This document shows positions 9,877 to 18,581 of a stretch of DNA of 64,000 nucleotides, in pieces. Position numbers and translations under genes: made by a program. Source of the stretch: Acidobacteriota bacterium (GTDB lineage: Bacteria > Acidobacteriota > CAIWXX01); NCBI GenBank assembly GCA_040755995.1, contig JBFMAF010000003.1, forward strand, positions 64,001 to 128,000, given 5' to 3'. The notes below the pieces were generated by a model that was not told the origin of the DNA, ran no database searches, and worked only from the letters and a program-made list of their open reading frames with translations. How positions within the stretch are numbered: position 1 is the first letter of the stretch; every line of letters begins with the position of its first letter.

Positions 9877-10760
9877 CACCGGCCATCCACCCCAGGCAAC
9901 GTATACTCGCCCAGCAGCCCTCGCGGCCGCCACATCATGAACGCGACCAGTAGGCCACCGTAGAGAATCTGCCGGATGTCCGCGGCTGCTGAGCTGGGTA
10001 GCCCTAGAAACCGAATGAGCTCAGGGAGCAGTACCAGCACAGCCGCCCCAACCACGGGCCCCCAAAGGCTGCCGGCCCCGCCGACAATCACGGTGGAGAT
10101 GATGAAGATCGATTCCATAGTCGTGAAGCTGGTAGGATCGACGAAGCTGATATAGTAGGCGTGCATCACTCCCGCCGCAGCAGCCATACCTGCCCCGATG
10201 ATGAAGATTAGCACCTTGTAGGTGGCCACGTTCTTGCCGGCCGCTTGGGCGAAGATCTCATCTTCTCGGATGGCCTTCAGCACACGCCCGAACGGAGAAC
10301 GGACTATCCTCTGGGTCATGCTCAGGGTGATAGCGCAAACGATTCCGACAACTACAAGGAAGCCTACATGTGAGGAAATCGACAAGCCGAATAGCATCGG
10401 CTGAGGAACTCCCGGAAGGCCCATGGGACCACCGGTCAGAGCGACCCAGTTGTTGAAGACGCTGAATGTGATGATCTGGAACGCAAACGTCGCAATCACG
10501 AAGTAGTCATCGCGGATGCGTAGGGATGGGATGCCCACCGTCGCGCCGAGCAGGGCGCCAAGTATGATGGCGCAAACAAGGTTGATCAGGAAGCCACTAT
10601 GTACATTGAGCGCCATGAGCGCTGCAACATAGGCCCCAACACCGTAGAACGCTGCATGCCCGATAGAAAGGAGTCCGGTGTAGCCGGCGATGAGGTTGAG
10701 GGACACCGAGAGGATGACATAGATAGCTGCCAGGATCATGATATGCAGCACGTATTCCAT
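9876..10760 (-). CDS. livM: LivM-like ABC permease
   Basis: SLNLIAGYTGLLSIGHAAFYGVGAY, LTGGPMG and SPFGRVLKAIREDE motifs. Confidence 0.9.
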   Translation of the reverse strand: MEYVLHIMILAAIYVILSVSLNLIAGYTGLLSIGHAAFYGVGAYVAALMALNVHSGFLINLVCAIILGALLGATVGIPSLRIRDDYFVIATFAFQIITFSVFNNWVALTGGPMGLPGVPQPMLFGLSISSHVGFLVVVGIVCAITLSMTQRIVRSPFGRVLKAIREDEIFAQAAGKNVATYKVLIFIIGAGMAAAAGVMHAYYISFVDPTSFTTMESIFIISTVIVGGAGSLWGPVVGAAVLVLLPELIRFLGLPSSAAADIRQILYGGLLVAFMMWRPRGLLGEYTLPGVDGR

Positions 10761-10772
10761 CTTGCGTCTCTC

Positions 10773-11657
10773 TCACGCCGACGATTTTCTCAATCGCTTT
10801 CCCAGGATCCCTTGAGGGCGAAGCAGCAAGAAGGCCAACAACAAGAGGAAAGCTGCCGCTTCTTCCCAATGCGTTCCGAGATTCCAGCCAGCAAGCTCCT
10901 CAAGGAAGGCGAGGAGCAGAGACGCTACGGCCACGCCGATGGTCCTCCCGTTTCCGCCCACGACAACAGCCACCACTCCCTGCAACAGCATGGGCAGGCC
11001 CATAATAGGTGTCATCCCCACATCAAACGCTCGAAACAACCCCGTCGCACCTCCCAGGAATGACCCAAGGCAAAACGCAATCCCGATGATCTTGTCGCAG
11101 TCAATCCCGCTTACCCTCGCCAGTTCAGGGCTGTCTGCCACGGCTCTCAGAGCCAATCCGATCCTCATTTTGTCTACGAGAAAAATCTTGACGAACAGAA
11201 CTGCTACCGCGGCTCCCATCACCGCCACCTGGATGCTGGTTACACGGGCCCCCAGAAAGCTGTAAGAAGATGCAACTCCATGACCTGCAATGACCTTGGT
11301 ATCATCACCAAACGCAATCGATATGACGCTCTGAAGGACGGTATAAAGGCCGAGAGAGGCCAGCAACAAGACTAGCGGCGTCGCGCCGTCCCGCCTCAAC
11401 GGTCGGTATACGACCTTGTCAAGACTCCAGCCAAGTCCCGTACTAGCAGCCAGCGCGAGTACAACAGATGGCAAAGCCGACAGGCCGACCCACTGCGAAC
11501 AGGCCAAGCTCACGTACCCGGCGGTCGTGATGACTGCGGCATGGGCGAAATGGAAGAACCTGGCAGTCGAAAATGCTAACGAGAAGCTGATGCCCACCAA
11601 GAAGATGGTGGCAGCTGAGTAGAGGATGTTCGCCAGGAGCTGGGACCCTAGGGCCAC
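10773..11657 (-). CDS. livH: LivH-like ABC permease
   Basis: FHFAHA, GLALRAVAD, VVVGG and LRPQGILG motifs. Confidence 0.9.
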   Translation of the reverse strand: MALGSQLLANILYSAATIFLVGISFSLAFSTARFFHFAHAAVITTAGYVSLACSQWVGLSALPSVVLALAASTGLGWSLDKVVYRPLRRDGATPLVLLLASLGLYTVLQSVISIAFGDDTKVIAGHGVASSYSFLGARVTSIQVAVMGAAVAVLFVKIFLVDKMRIGLALRAVADSPELARVSGIDCDKIIGIAFCLGSFLGGATGLFRAFDVGMTPIMGLPMLLQGVVAVVVGGNGRTIGVAVASLLLAFLEELAGWNLGTHWEEAAAFLLLLAFLLLRPQGILGKRLRKSSA

Positions 11658-12922
11658 TTGGTGACACCGTTCAGTAGGTGGTCGACAACCACACCCACCT
11701 GGTCCTTCGGAACTACATACGGGGCCTCCCTACCATCGAGAGCCGAGAGATCGTTCTTGAACTTGCGGCCCCCTTTGTTTTCAGCCTCCTTGATCAGGTC
11801 ACTTGGGGTTGCAAACAACCTGTCGCAGAGCCCAAGCTCCACCGCCTTTTGCAGGTACGCAAAAGGCTTCCACCTTGCGTCGTTATCGTCGACATCCAAC
11901 AGAATCTGGGCCCTTTTCTCCCCGGGATCCCAGGATATCCCTATGCGTGTCCCTTGGACTTCGTAAAGGCCATAGTCGCCCCTTAACGCCTGCCCCAGTT
12001 CCGAGCGCTTGCCTATCTCTTTCAGTTGGGTAGCTTGGTCTGCTCTGTTCTCACCTACTTCGAGCATGCCCGGGTGGGAGAACCACAACTTCGTCCCTTG
12101 GAACTTGCTGAGGAACCTCCTCAATGCTTCGCGAACGTCGATGATACAAGTTCCATCCTGGTTATCGATCATGAGCCAGGCCGGGCTGGTTGTGACCTTG
12201 GCCACTAGCTCGGTAGATATGATGCTTAGCTTGTCCTCAAGGAGGAGTGTGTTGTAGAGGTTTGTGGGGAGATAGACGATGCGCAGAGCAGCGCCCTCAT
12301 AGGTACAGAACGCTGCCCATGGTGCTGGGTCCCCCCCTGTGTGCTCTCCAACAGAATGATAGACTGGTGAGAATGGGCATGTCCAATAGATACGTTCGAA
12401 GAGCTTGCCTTCCATGATGTCTTTGAGAGTTCCCTTGTAGCTATCCTTGTCCATGGCGAACTCCAGCGCGCCAAATGTCGCGCGGCCAAAGGCATGTAGG
12501 CATCGGGCCATCACGTATCGTGTTCGATGTGATCCAGCGCCCCTGACATGTAGCTGACGTAGCAAGCGGCCCAATGGCCTCTCATTGGGTGGTGCAGTGT
12601 CAGTGAGGTACATCAAGAGCGACCACTCTCGCCCAAACCCCGCTGCCACCTCTGCTTGCCAGTGGCTTTCGAGCTCGCGACACGCGCTCTCTGAGACAGC
12701 CCGCGCCAGATGCTTCGCCATCAAGTTGGCCAGTTCGATGACGAGCGTGAGCGCAGCCAATGTGTAGCCGAGTATCGATGCCAGGCGGTCGAATCGACCA
12801 AGATCCGCAAAGGCATCCCAACCGCCGATCACCAGTCCGAAGAAGATTATCAAGAAGGGCAACCAGGGAGAACGGCTCCCGCTCCACCACTCAAACGCGC
12901 GATACAGGTGGTCTTCTCTCAC
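11648..12922 (-). CDS. Hypothetical protein with two N-terminal TM helices and a soluble domain
   Basis: 424-aa ORF with GAGGAGG RBS, overlapping both neighbours; hydrophobic N-terminus. Confidence 0.75.
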   Translation of the reverse strand: MREDHLYRAFEWWSGSRSPWLPFLIIFFGLVIGGWDAFADLGRFDRLASILGYTLAALTLVIELANLMAKHLARAVSESACRELESHWQAEVAAGFGREWSLLMYLTDTAPPNERPLGRLLRQLHVRGAGSHRTRYVMARCLHAFGRATFGALEFAMDKDSYKGTLKDIMEGKLFERIYWTCPFSPVYHSVGEHTGGDPAPWAAFCTYEGAALRIVYLPTNLYNTLLLEDKLSIISTELVAKVTTSPAWLMIDNQDGTCIIDVREALRRFLSKFQGTKLWFSHPGMLEVGENRADQATQLKEIGKRSELGQALRGDYGLYEVQGTRIGISWDPGEKRAQILLDVDDNDARWKPFAYLQKAVELGLCDRLFATPSDLIKEAENKGGRKFKNDLSALDGREAPYVVPKDQVGVVVDHLLNGVTKWP

Positions 12923-13751
12923 GACCCCCTCCTCTAGACCCGTGGCTCCGACCGACCGCAGACTTTCTGGCCATCAGAATCGCCGCACTGGAGCGAGCAG
13001 CGTGGAACGCGTTTCCTGACCAGCTGCCCAGAACACAGATGTCGCCCTTGTCGAATCCGACCTGCACGAGCATGGAAGCCAATTCCTCCGCGGTGTACAG
13101 CCGAATCTTGAATGGAAGCTGCGTCACCTCGCTACCCGATTCATATTCGTAACTGCCAACCCACACGTGCCCGTCCTCCACGATCTTGGACCGCTTCCGG
13201 TACCGTAGGTGGTCGGCAAGGCCGCGTTCCTCGTTCAGCCTCCAACGTACCTGCCTCGCCCCGAAATTCACCTGTTCAAGTATGAAATACCCACCCGGCT
13301 CCAAGACCCGGAAAGCTCCTTCCAGTACTGACATATTCTCATCATGATCGGCGAAGTACCCCCACGACGTATCAAGGCACACCGCAAGTCTGTATTCCCT
13401 CGGCGGCCACCTCCAAGTCCGCAAATCCGCGAGTGTCAGCGTCACCTGCTTGCGTGCAGCTGCCGCACGCCGCAGCGCTTCCGAAAGCAATTCCGCCGAT
13501 TGATCAACACCGTGAACCAAGAATCCTTCTCGCGCGAACGCTAAACAGTGTCGGCCGTAACCACACGCGAAATCTATCACCGGGCCAGGAGGGTTGATGC
13601 CGGTCAGGCGCGAGATGCTCCTGGCTTGCATGGCTGCGACACGTCGTGGCTTCCGAATCTGATCGACAAGGGCATACCTGAGATCAAACAGGTCCACATA
13701 CCAATCGTCTGGAACCGATCTCCAGTCATGTTGCCAGTCCAAGGCACTCAT
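12891..13751 (-). CDS. Class I SAM-dependent methyltransferase
   Basis: IDFACGYGRH, GVDQS, TSWGYF and LEPGG motifs; ATGA overlap with the rSAM stop. Confidence 0.9.
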   Translation of the reverse strand: MSALDWQHDWRSVPDDWYVDLFDLRYALVDQIRKPRRVAAMQARSISRLTGINPPGPVIDFACGYGRHCLAFAREGFLVHGVDQSAELLSEALRRAAAARKQVTLTLADLRTWRWPPREYRLAVCLDTSWGYFADHDENMSVLEGAFRVLEPGGYFILEQVNFGARQVRWRLNEERGLADHLRYRKRSKIVEDGHVWVGSYEYESGSEVTQLPFKIRLYTAEELASMLVQVGFDKGDICVLGSWSGNAFHAARSSAAILMARKSAVGRSHGSRGGGRERRPPVSRV

Positions 13752-14938
13752 TGTCGCACACCCAAGTTGAACGGGATGGTGTCACCGCGACGAGTACTCA
13801 CAAGATCAGGTGCCGATGAATGGCAGGTCGAGACCCGGCTGTCTAAGTAGAGGCACCTGTCGATCGTCCCGCTGAGGCATCTCTTGTGCATTGGCCCGCC
13901 GTGACAGAAGGACCACTCCTCGCACTGTGCACAAGGTCCCGTCTTCTTCCACTCGGCACGACGGAACGGTTCGTATCTGCCCTCCCAAACATCCTTGATT
14001 CGCTCACGGCGAAGGTCACCTTGCACGAAGCTACGTGAGATATTGCTGCAGGAGCTGAGTTTGCCATCAAATAGAACTCCAAGGTTGTTAAGCCCCGCAA
14101 TACAGTGAAACACAAAAGGGCGCAGACGGCCCTCCAACTCGGGGCCCATCCATCCGCCGCAGCCCAATTCCACCATGGTCACCGAGGAATCAGAGTAGTT
14201 CGAACACGAGCGCTCGTATTCCTGGCGGAGGAAACCGATGACCTCTCGCACTTGGTTCGCAGTCGGATAGAGATCCGAATTGCCCTGCGCACGTCCCTGC
14301 TTGTCGATGATCATCACCCTGAAGACCCTTGGTCGGATTTCCTGCTTCGCGAAACGATGAAACGCCGGGAGTTCGTGGATGTTCTTGGAGTGGGCCACGA
14401 AGGAGACCGTCACCACGTATCCGGCGTCAACCGCGAGGCGGGCGGCGTCGGTCGCCTTCGCCCACGTTCCTGGTTGGCCCCTCAAGGAATCGTGGCTTGA
14501 CTCAAAGCCATCGATGCTGATCCCCAAGCCGGTTACTCCCAGACTACTCAGTTCCTCGAGCACGCCCGGATTGTCGGAGAGGAAGACGCCATTTGTCTGG
14601 ATGTCGATGTTTCGATAGAAGGGCCAATGCGAGATGGCCCGTAGCACATCAAGGAGATCACGGCGAACGAACGGTTCGCCGCCCGTAATGTTGATGTGCC
14701 GGAACCGGTCCATGTCGAAATCGCGGGCGATCTCATCGAAGGCTCCGACAACTTCGTCGGTGGAGAGTTCGTCTGAGCTACTCACCTCCTCGCCTGGTGA
14801 GCCGCAGTGCAAACATCGCAGGTTGCATCGTCGAGTTGCTTCCCAGCTGATGATCTGGAGGGGGTGCTCCCTTATGAGGGCTTCAATCCGAGTCCTCCAG
14901 GTCTGGAAGAGAGCTCTTAGGTCCTCACCACGATTCAC
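13748..14938 (-). CDS. Radical SAM/SPASM enzyme (TIGR04133-like)
   Basis: CNLRCLHC, TGGEP; SPASM-type CIAG...SSC...CAQCEEWSFC. Confidence 0.9.
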   Translation of the reverse strand: MNRGEDLRALFQTWRTRIEALIREHPLQIISWEATRRCNLRCLHCGSPGEEVSSSDELSTDEVVGAFDEIARDFDMDRFRHINITGGEPFVRRDLLDVLRAISHWPFYRNIDIQTNGVFLSDNPGVLEELSSLGVTGLGISIDGFESSHDSLRGQPGTWAKATDAARLAVDAGYVVTVSFVAHSKNIHELPAFHRFAKQEIRPRVFRVMIIDKQGRAQGNSDLYPTANQVREVIGFLRQEYERSCSNYSDSSVTMVELGCGGWMGPELEGRLRPFVFHCIAGLNNLGVLFDGKLSSCSNISRSFVQGDLRRERIKDVWEGRYEPFRRAEWKKTGPCAQCEEWSFCHGGPMHKRCLSGTIDRCLYLDSRVSTCHSSAPDLVSTRRGDTIPFNLGVRQ

Positions 14939-15138
14939 TTGGCGAATACCACCTTGAAGTACTCGTTGCCGTCATCATTCGGGTGGCAGCCGTACATGTT
15001 GTTCACGTATTCCACTGGACTGGGCCATTCGAGCATCCGCTTTTTGAACTTGAGCACCTCCTCTTCACTCGCTGCGGGACGTTCACAGGCCTGATGGTCT
15101 TCGACCGCCTGGGATGTACGCCGTATCTCGATCCGCAT
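14935..15138 (-). CDS. 67-aa peptide, candidate rSAM precursor or partner
   Basis: AAGGAG RBS; stop overlaps the rSAM start (GTGA); fills the gap between the binding protein and rSAM genes. Confidence 0.75.
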   Translation of the reverse strand: MRIEIRRTSQAVEDHQACERPAASEEEVLKFKKRMLEWPSPVEYVNNMYGCHPNDDGNEYFKVVFAK

Positions 15139-15149
15139 TGGCTATCTCC

Positions 15150-16283
15150 TTAGCTGATGTCGACAGCTTGGCCGTTCTTGATGGTCTTCTTGCCGAAGGC
15201 CTCGGACTTGAGATCACCGTTGGGGCGGAAAGCGACTTCACCCGAAACTCCTTGGAAGGAGATCGCCAACAAGGCTTCGCGCACCTTCTCGGGGTCTGTA
15301 GTGCCAGCGGCCTCCATTGCCTTGAAGATGGCCATCGCTGCGTCGTAGGCATAGCATCCAAACACGTCCGGTTCCTCCCCATACTTGCCCTTGTATCGCC
15401 GGGCGAATTCATCAAATGTGGGGCTCGTACTCCCGGAAGGCGACGTGTAAAAGACACCTTCTGCCCCATCCCCGGCGACATTGCGAAATTCGGGAGACCC
15501 CCAATTGTCGCCTCCGAATAGTGGGACATTTAGGCCGAGTTCCTTCATTTGCCGCACAAACACTCCACCCTCTTTGGGGTAAGTAGGAGAGACTACCGCA
15601 TCAAGCATCTCCATTCCCTTGAGCTTTGCGATGATCGTGCGGAAATCTGCCGTGTTCTCCTGGACGCCTTCTGCATTGATCACCTGTCCGCCCAAGGCTT
15701 GGAATCTCGTCTGAAACCCCTCTGCGAGCGGCTTACCCCATGAGTTGTTCGTATAGACCACCGCGACTCTCCTTGCACCGGACTTGAAGACCCAGCCGCT
15801 CAGCACTTCTGCCTGCAAGTCATCGGCGGGAACGGTCCTGAAAAAGAATTCACCGCCCCGAGTCGAAAGCTGGGAAGATGAGGAAACGGGCGACATGAGA
15901 ACGACCTTGTACCTGGTCGCAAGGGGAGCAACGGCAAGACTCACGCCGCTCCCGGCCGAGCCAAATACGACGGGCACCTTGTCGATGGTGGCGAATTTAG
16001 TCATGATGCTGACCGCCTCTTTCTTGTCGTTGCGGTCATCCTGAAAGTCTACCACGATAGGCTTGCCGAATAGGCCGGCTTTGGCGTTCTGATCCTCCAC
16101 GGCCAACTCAATCCCGCGCTTCGCCTTCTGGCCGTATGAAGCAACCTCGCCAGTGAGGGGGAATGTCGCCCCGAGTTCAATCCTGTTGGAGGAGGGAGCC
16201 CGTGGCCTTGTTACCAGCAAGGCTACGGCGACGACGCCTACTACGAGGATCGCTGCTGCTACCCATCCCTTTCCTACCGTCAT
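15150..16283 (-). CDS. LivJ/K-type ABC substrate-binding protein
   Basis: N-terminal TM anchor; GATFPLTG, FFRTVPAD, YAYDA and FQGVSG motifs. Confidence 0.92.
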   Translation of the reverse strand: MTVGKGWVAAAILVVGVVAVALLVTRPRAPSSNRIELGATFPLTGEVASYGQKAKRGIELAVEDQNAKAGLFGKPIVVDFQDDRNDKKEAVSIMTKFATIDKVPVVFGSAGSGVSLAVAPLATRYKVVLMSPVSSSSQLSTRGGEFFFRTVPADDLQAEVLSGWVFKSGARRVAVVYTNNSWGKPLAEGFQTRFQALGGQVINAEGVQENTADFRTIIAKLKGMEMLDAVVSPTYPKEGGVFVRQMKELGLNVPLFGGDNWGSPEFRNVAGDGAEGVFYTSPSGSTSPTFDEFARRYKGKYGEEPDVFGCYAYDAAMAIFKAMEAAGTTDPEKVREALLAISFQGVSGEVAFRPNGDLKSEAFGKKTIKNGQAVDIS

Positions 16284-16607
16284 CGAGTTTCTCCTTCCAA
16301 GAAGATCTGCTTCGTTTCACCGCAACGCCGATTGCGACTCCGTAGAAAACGACTGAGTGCGACGTCGATTGCCGGCCGCCACTCCGCTCCGGTGCTGGTT
16401 GCTCTATTGGCAGGGCTTCGCACCCCGCTTTCATGCACGTGACGAAGGATAGTGCGTTCCCGCCTGCAACAAACCTGCCCTGTCTCTTCACCAGCCCGGT
16501 AAGTGTCCTGTGGCAGGTCGTCGGGTTCGCCGGCGTCAGATCGCCCTCGTTCTCGTCACAGAGATCCGCCGATGGCGGCACCTGACGTCGTCTAGTAGCC
16601 TGCCGGC

Positions 16608-17024
16608 TCAAGCGTCGCTGGCCCGGCTGTTGAGAAGCCATTTCTTGTAATTCACAATGTCGCTCTTCGCGGACTCATGTGCCACGAGCGCAGCGAAGGC
16701 GGATGCCAGGCCGGCGACCCACAGGGCAATATCACGCAATCCCCATAGGAAGACGAAAGCAACCATAGCCAAGAGCGTCTTCACGCCATTCCTGCCAAAT
16801 CGGAACCCCGAGACCGCCAGGACCAATACTATCACCATGTGGGGGAGATCGCCCAACCCGATCTCATGCAGATCGGCAAGGCTTATCCTTCGGGAATGGA
16901 CGAGGGCGAGAAGCCGGGGGTCGGAGGCGAGGGGCAGCGCGACTGAGCACACGAGAACCCACGCCAACAGCCGGTAGTGTTTGATGGGTCGAAGCTCTCC
17001 CTCACGAGCTGCGAACACACTCAT
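16608..17024 (-). CDS. Small hypothetical membrane protein
   Basis: 138 aa with 3-4 hydrophobic segments. Confidence 0.5.
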   Translation of the reverse strand: MSVFAAREGELRPIKHYRLLAWVLVCSVALPLASDPRLLALVHSRRISLADLHEIGLGDLPHMVIVLVLAVSGFRFGRNGVKTLLAMVAFVFLWGLRDIALWVAGLASAFAALVAHESAKSDIVNYKKWLLNSRASDA

Positions 17025-17312
17025 CCTACCCCGCCATGATTGCTTGCTTCCAACATTCCCGCAGCCTACCTGATCCCTACCGGCAAAGCCGCACTACAAA
17101 CCGTCTCGTATCATATCACGAGAGCGCGAGGACGCGGGACTCTCTTCTTCCGTACCACCCCGTGCGTGATCGCCGTTTCTAGTCCGCGCTTCCTGCGCCG
17201 TTGGCACGGGTCGGCTCACTTGAAGACAACCCGTGTGATCGCCGCACTGTCCAACGGTCTGAACCGGACAAACACCGACGGCATGTTCAGGTTTGTCAGG
17301 CAGTCCGTGTTG

Positions 17313-18200
17313 CTATCTCTGCTCATGTCTGATGAAGGTCAAGATCGAAGGGCACTCGTCGGTAATCATACAAAGGACTAGCACCAGACCGACGACTCGG
17401 AAGATCCCATCCGATTTCTCAACGAGCGCATTCACTAGGACCCTTACATTGGGGCGGGCGATCGCCCGATCGATCTCAACCTGCAAAGCTTCGACCAAGG
17501 ACGGGACCAAGCTCTGACCGCGTGCCGTATCCACTCTCCGAATGCCGGCCACACCGGCCAACCATGTCTGGAGCTTCTGTGCGATGTCGGTCGCCTCTCT
17601 GAAGGTTATGGCCGAGCCCACCCCAGGCGCGGCACCCACGTGCTCCCTCGAGTTGCATGAAAGGAAGATCGGCAGTTTCCCCTGCTTCGTTGCCTCCCTG
17701 GCTAGGCCAAGCAGGCCGAGCCCACTGCCGTCAGGAAGCCGGAGAATCCCAGCGGCGTTGTGCCCGATGATAAGAACGATCTTGGCGGGTGCATTGGCGA
17801 TCGCCTTCCTCAGCACTTCGTCGCCACCCGTGTTCTCCAGGAATCTAAGCTCCGCGAAAGTACTGAGGAGATTCTGCTTCGCCTCCAGTAGTTCATCCGC
17901 TCTTGTCTGGCTGTAGACAGCTTCGTGACCGAACACGTTCTTGAACGGCACCTCTTCGGTGGGCACGATGGCGACCACCGCGACAGTTCGTAGGTCGGAC
18001 GCCGACAACACCGGAAAGGACAGCCGATTCGGATCCACCGCAACGTTGGGTGCAAGACGTTCCGTGAACTCCTCAGGCGATGTTCGTGCGAAGAGCTTCG
18101 AACATTCCTCACTTGTCGCCGAAGTCGGTACCCCGATGAGCAGAATCGCAAGTCCTGCAGAAGCGATCCCATCGCAGCTGCGCATGATCACGCACCTCAT
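17313..18200 (-). CDS. Exported protein with a possible divergent CHAT/caspase-like domain
   Basis: Signal-like N-terminus; LIIGHN and IFLSCNS strand-His / strand-Cys motifs. Confidence 0.55.
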   Translation of the reverse strand: MRCVIMRSCDGIASAGLAILLIGVPTSATSEECSKLFARTSPEEFTERLAPNVAVDPNRLSFPVLSASDLRTVAVVAIVPTEEVPFKNVFGHEAVYSQTRADELLEAKQNLLSTFAELRFLENTGGDEVLRKAIANAPAKIVLIIGHNAAGILRLPDGSGLGLLGLAREATKQGKLPIFLSCNSREHVGAAPGVGSAITFREATDIAQKLQTWLAGVAGIRRVDTARGQSLVPSLVEALQVEIDRAIARPNVRVLVNALVEKSDGIFRVVGLVLVLCMITDECPSILTFIRHEQR

Positions 18201-18201
18201 C

Positions 18202-18564
18202 TCAGCGAATCGCTAGATAGGCACGCAGGAGACTCTTGATTCCCGCGGGAGACGCACCCAGCTGCAGATCGCCACGATCGAGGAAGGCCGTGCCGACCTT
18301 CTTCATGAGGAGTGGGAATGCAAAACCGAAAAGCATGGCCGTTCGCGCAGTCGGCCAAGGATCTCCGTGAAACCAATAGTATGCGCCGGGCCCAGCGATA
18401 CCAATCATCACGATAGTGATGCCCCAGTAAGCGATCGACCGTCGCAATCGGCGGTACTTCGCGAGCTCCAATCTCTCTCTGACCTCCCAGTGGTGAATAG
18501 CCTCCTGGATTAGAGAGCCGAAGCAGGACGCAACCATGACCTCGAACCCTGTCTCAAGGCTCAT
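18202..18564 (-). CDS. 120-aa three-TM protein
   Basis: GAGGTGG RBS before ATG 18564; three hydrophobic segments. Confidence 0.7.
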   Translation of the reverse strand: MSLETGFEVMVASCFGSLIQEAIHHWEVRERLELAKYRRLRRSIAYWGITIVMIGIAGPGAYYWFHGDPWPTARTAMLFGFAFPLLMKKVGTAFLDRGDLQLGASPAGIKSLLRAYLAIR

Positions 18565-18581
18565 ATTTCCACCTCTCTGCC

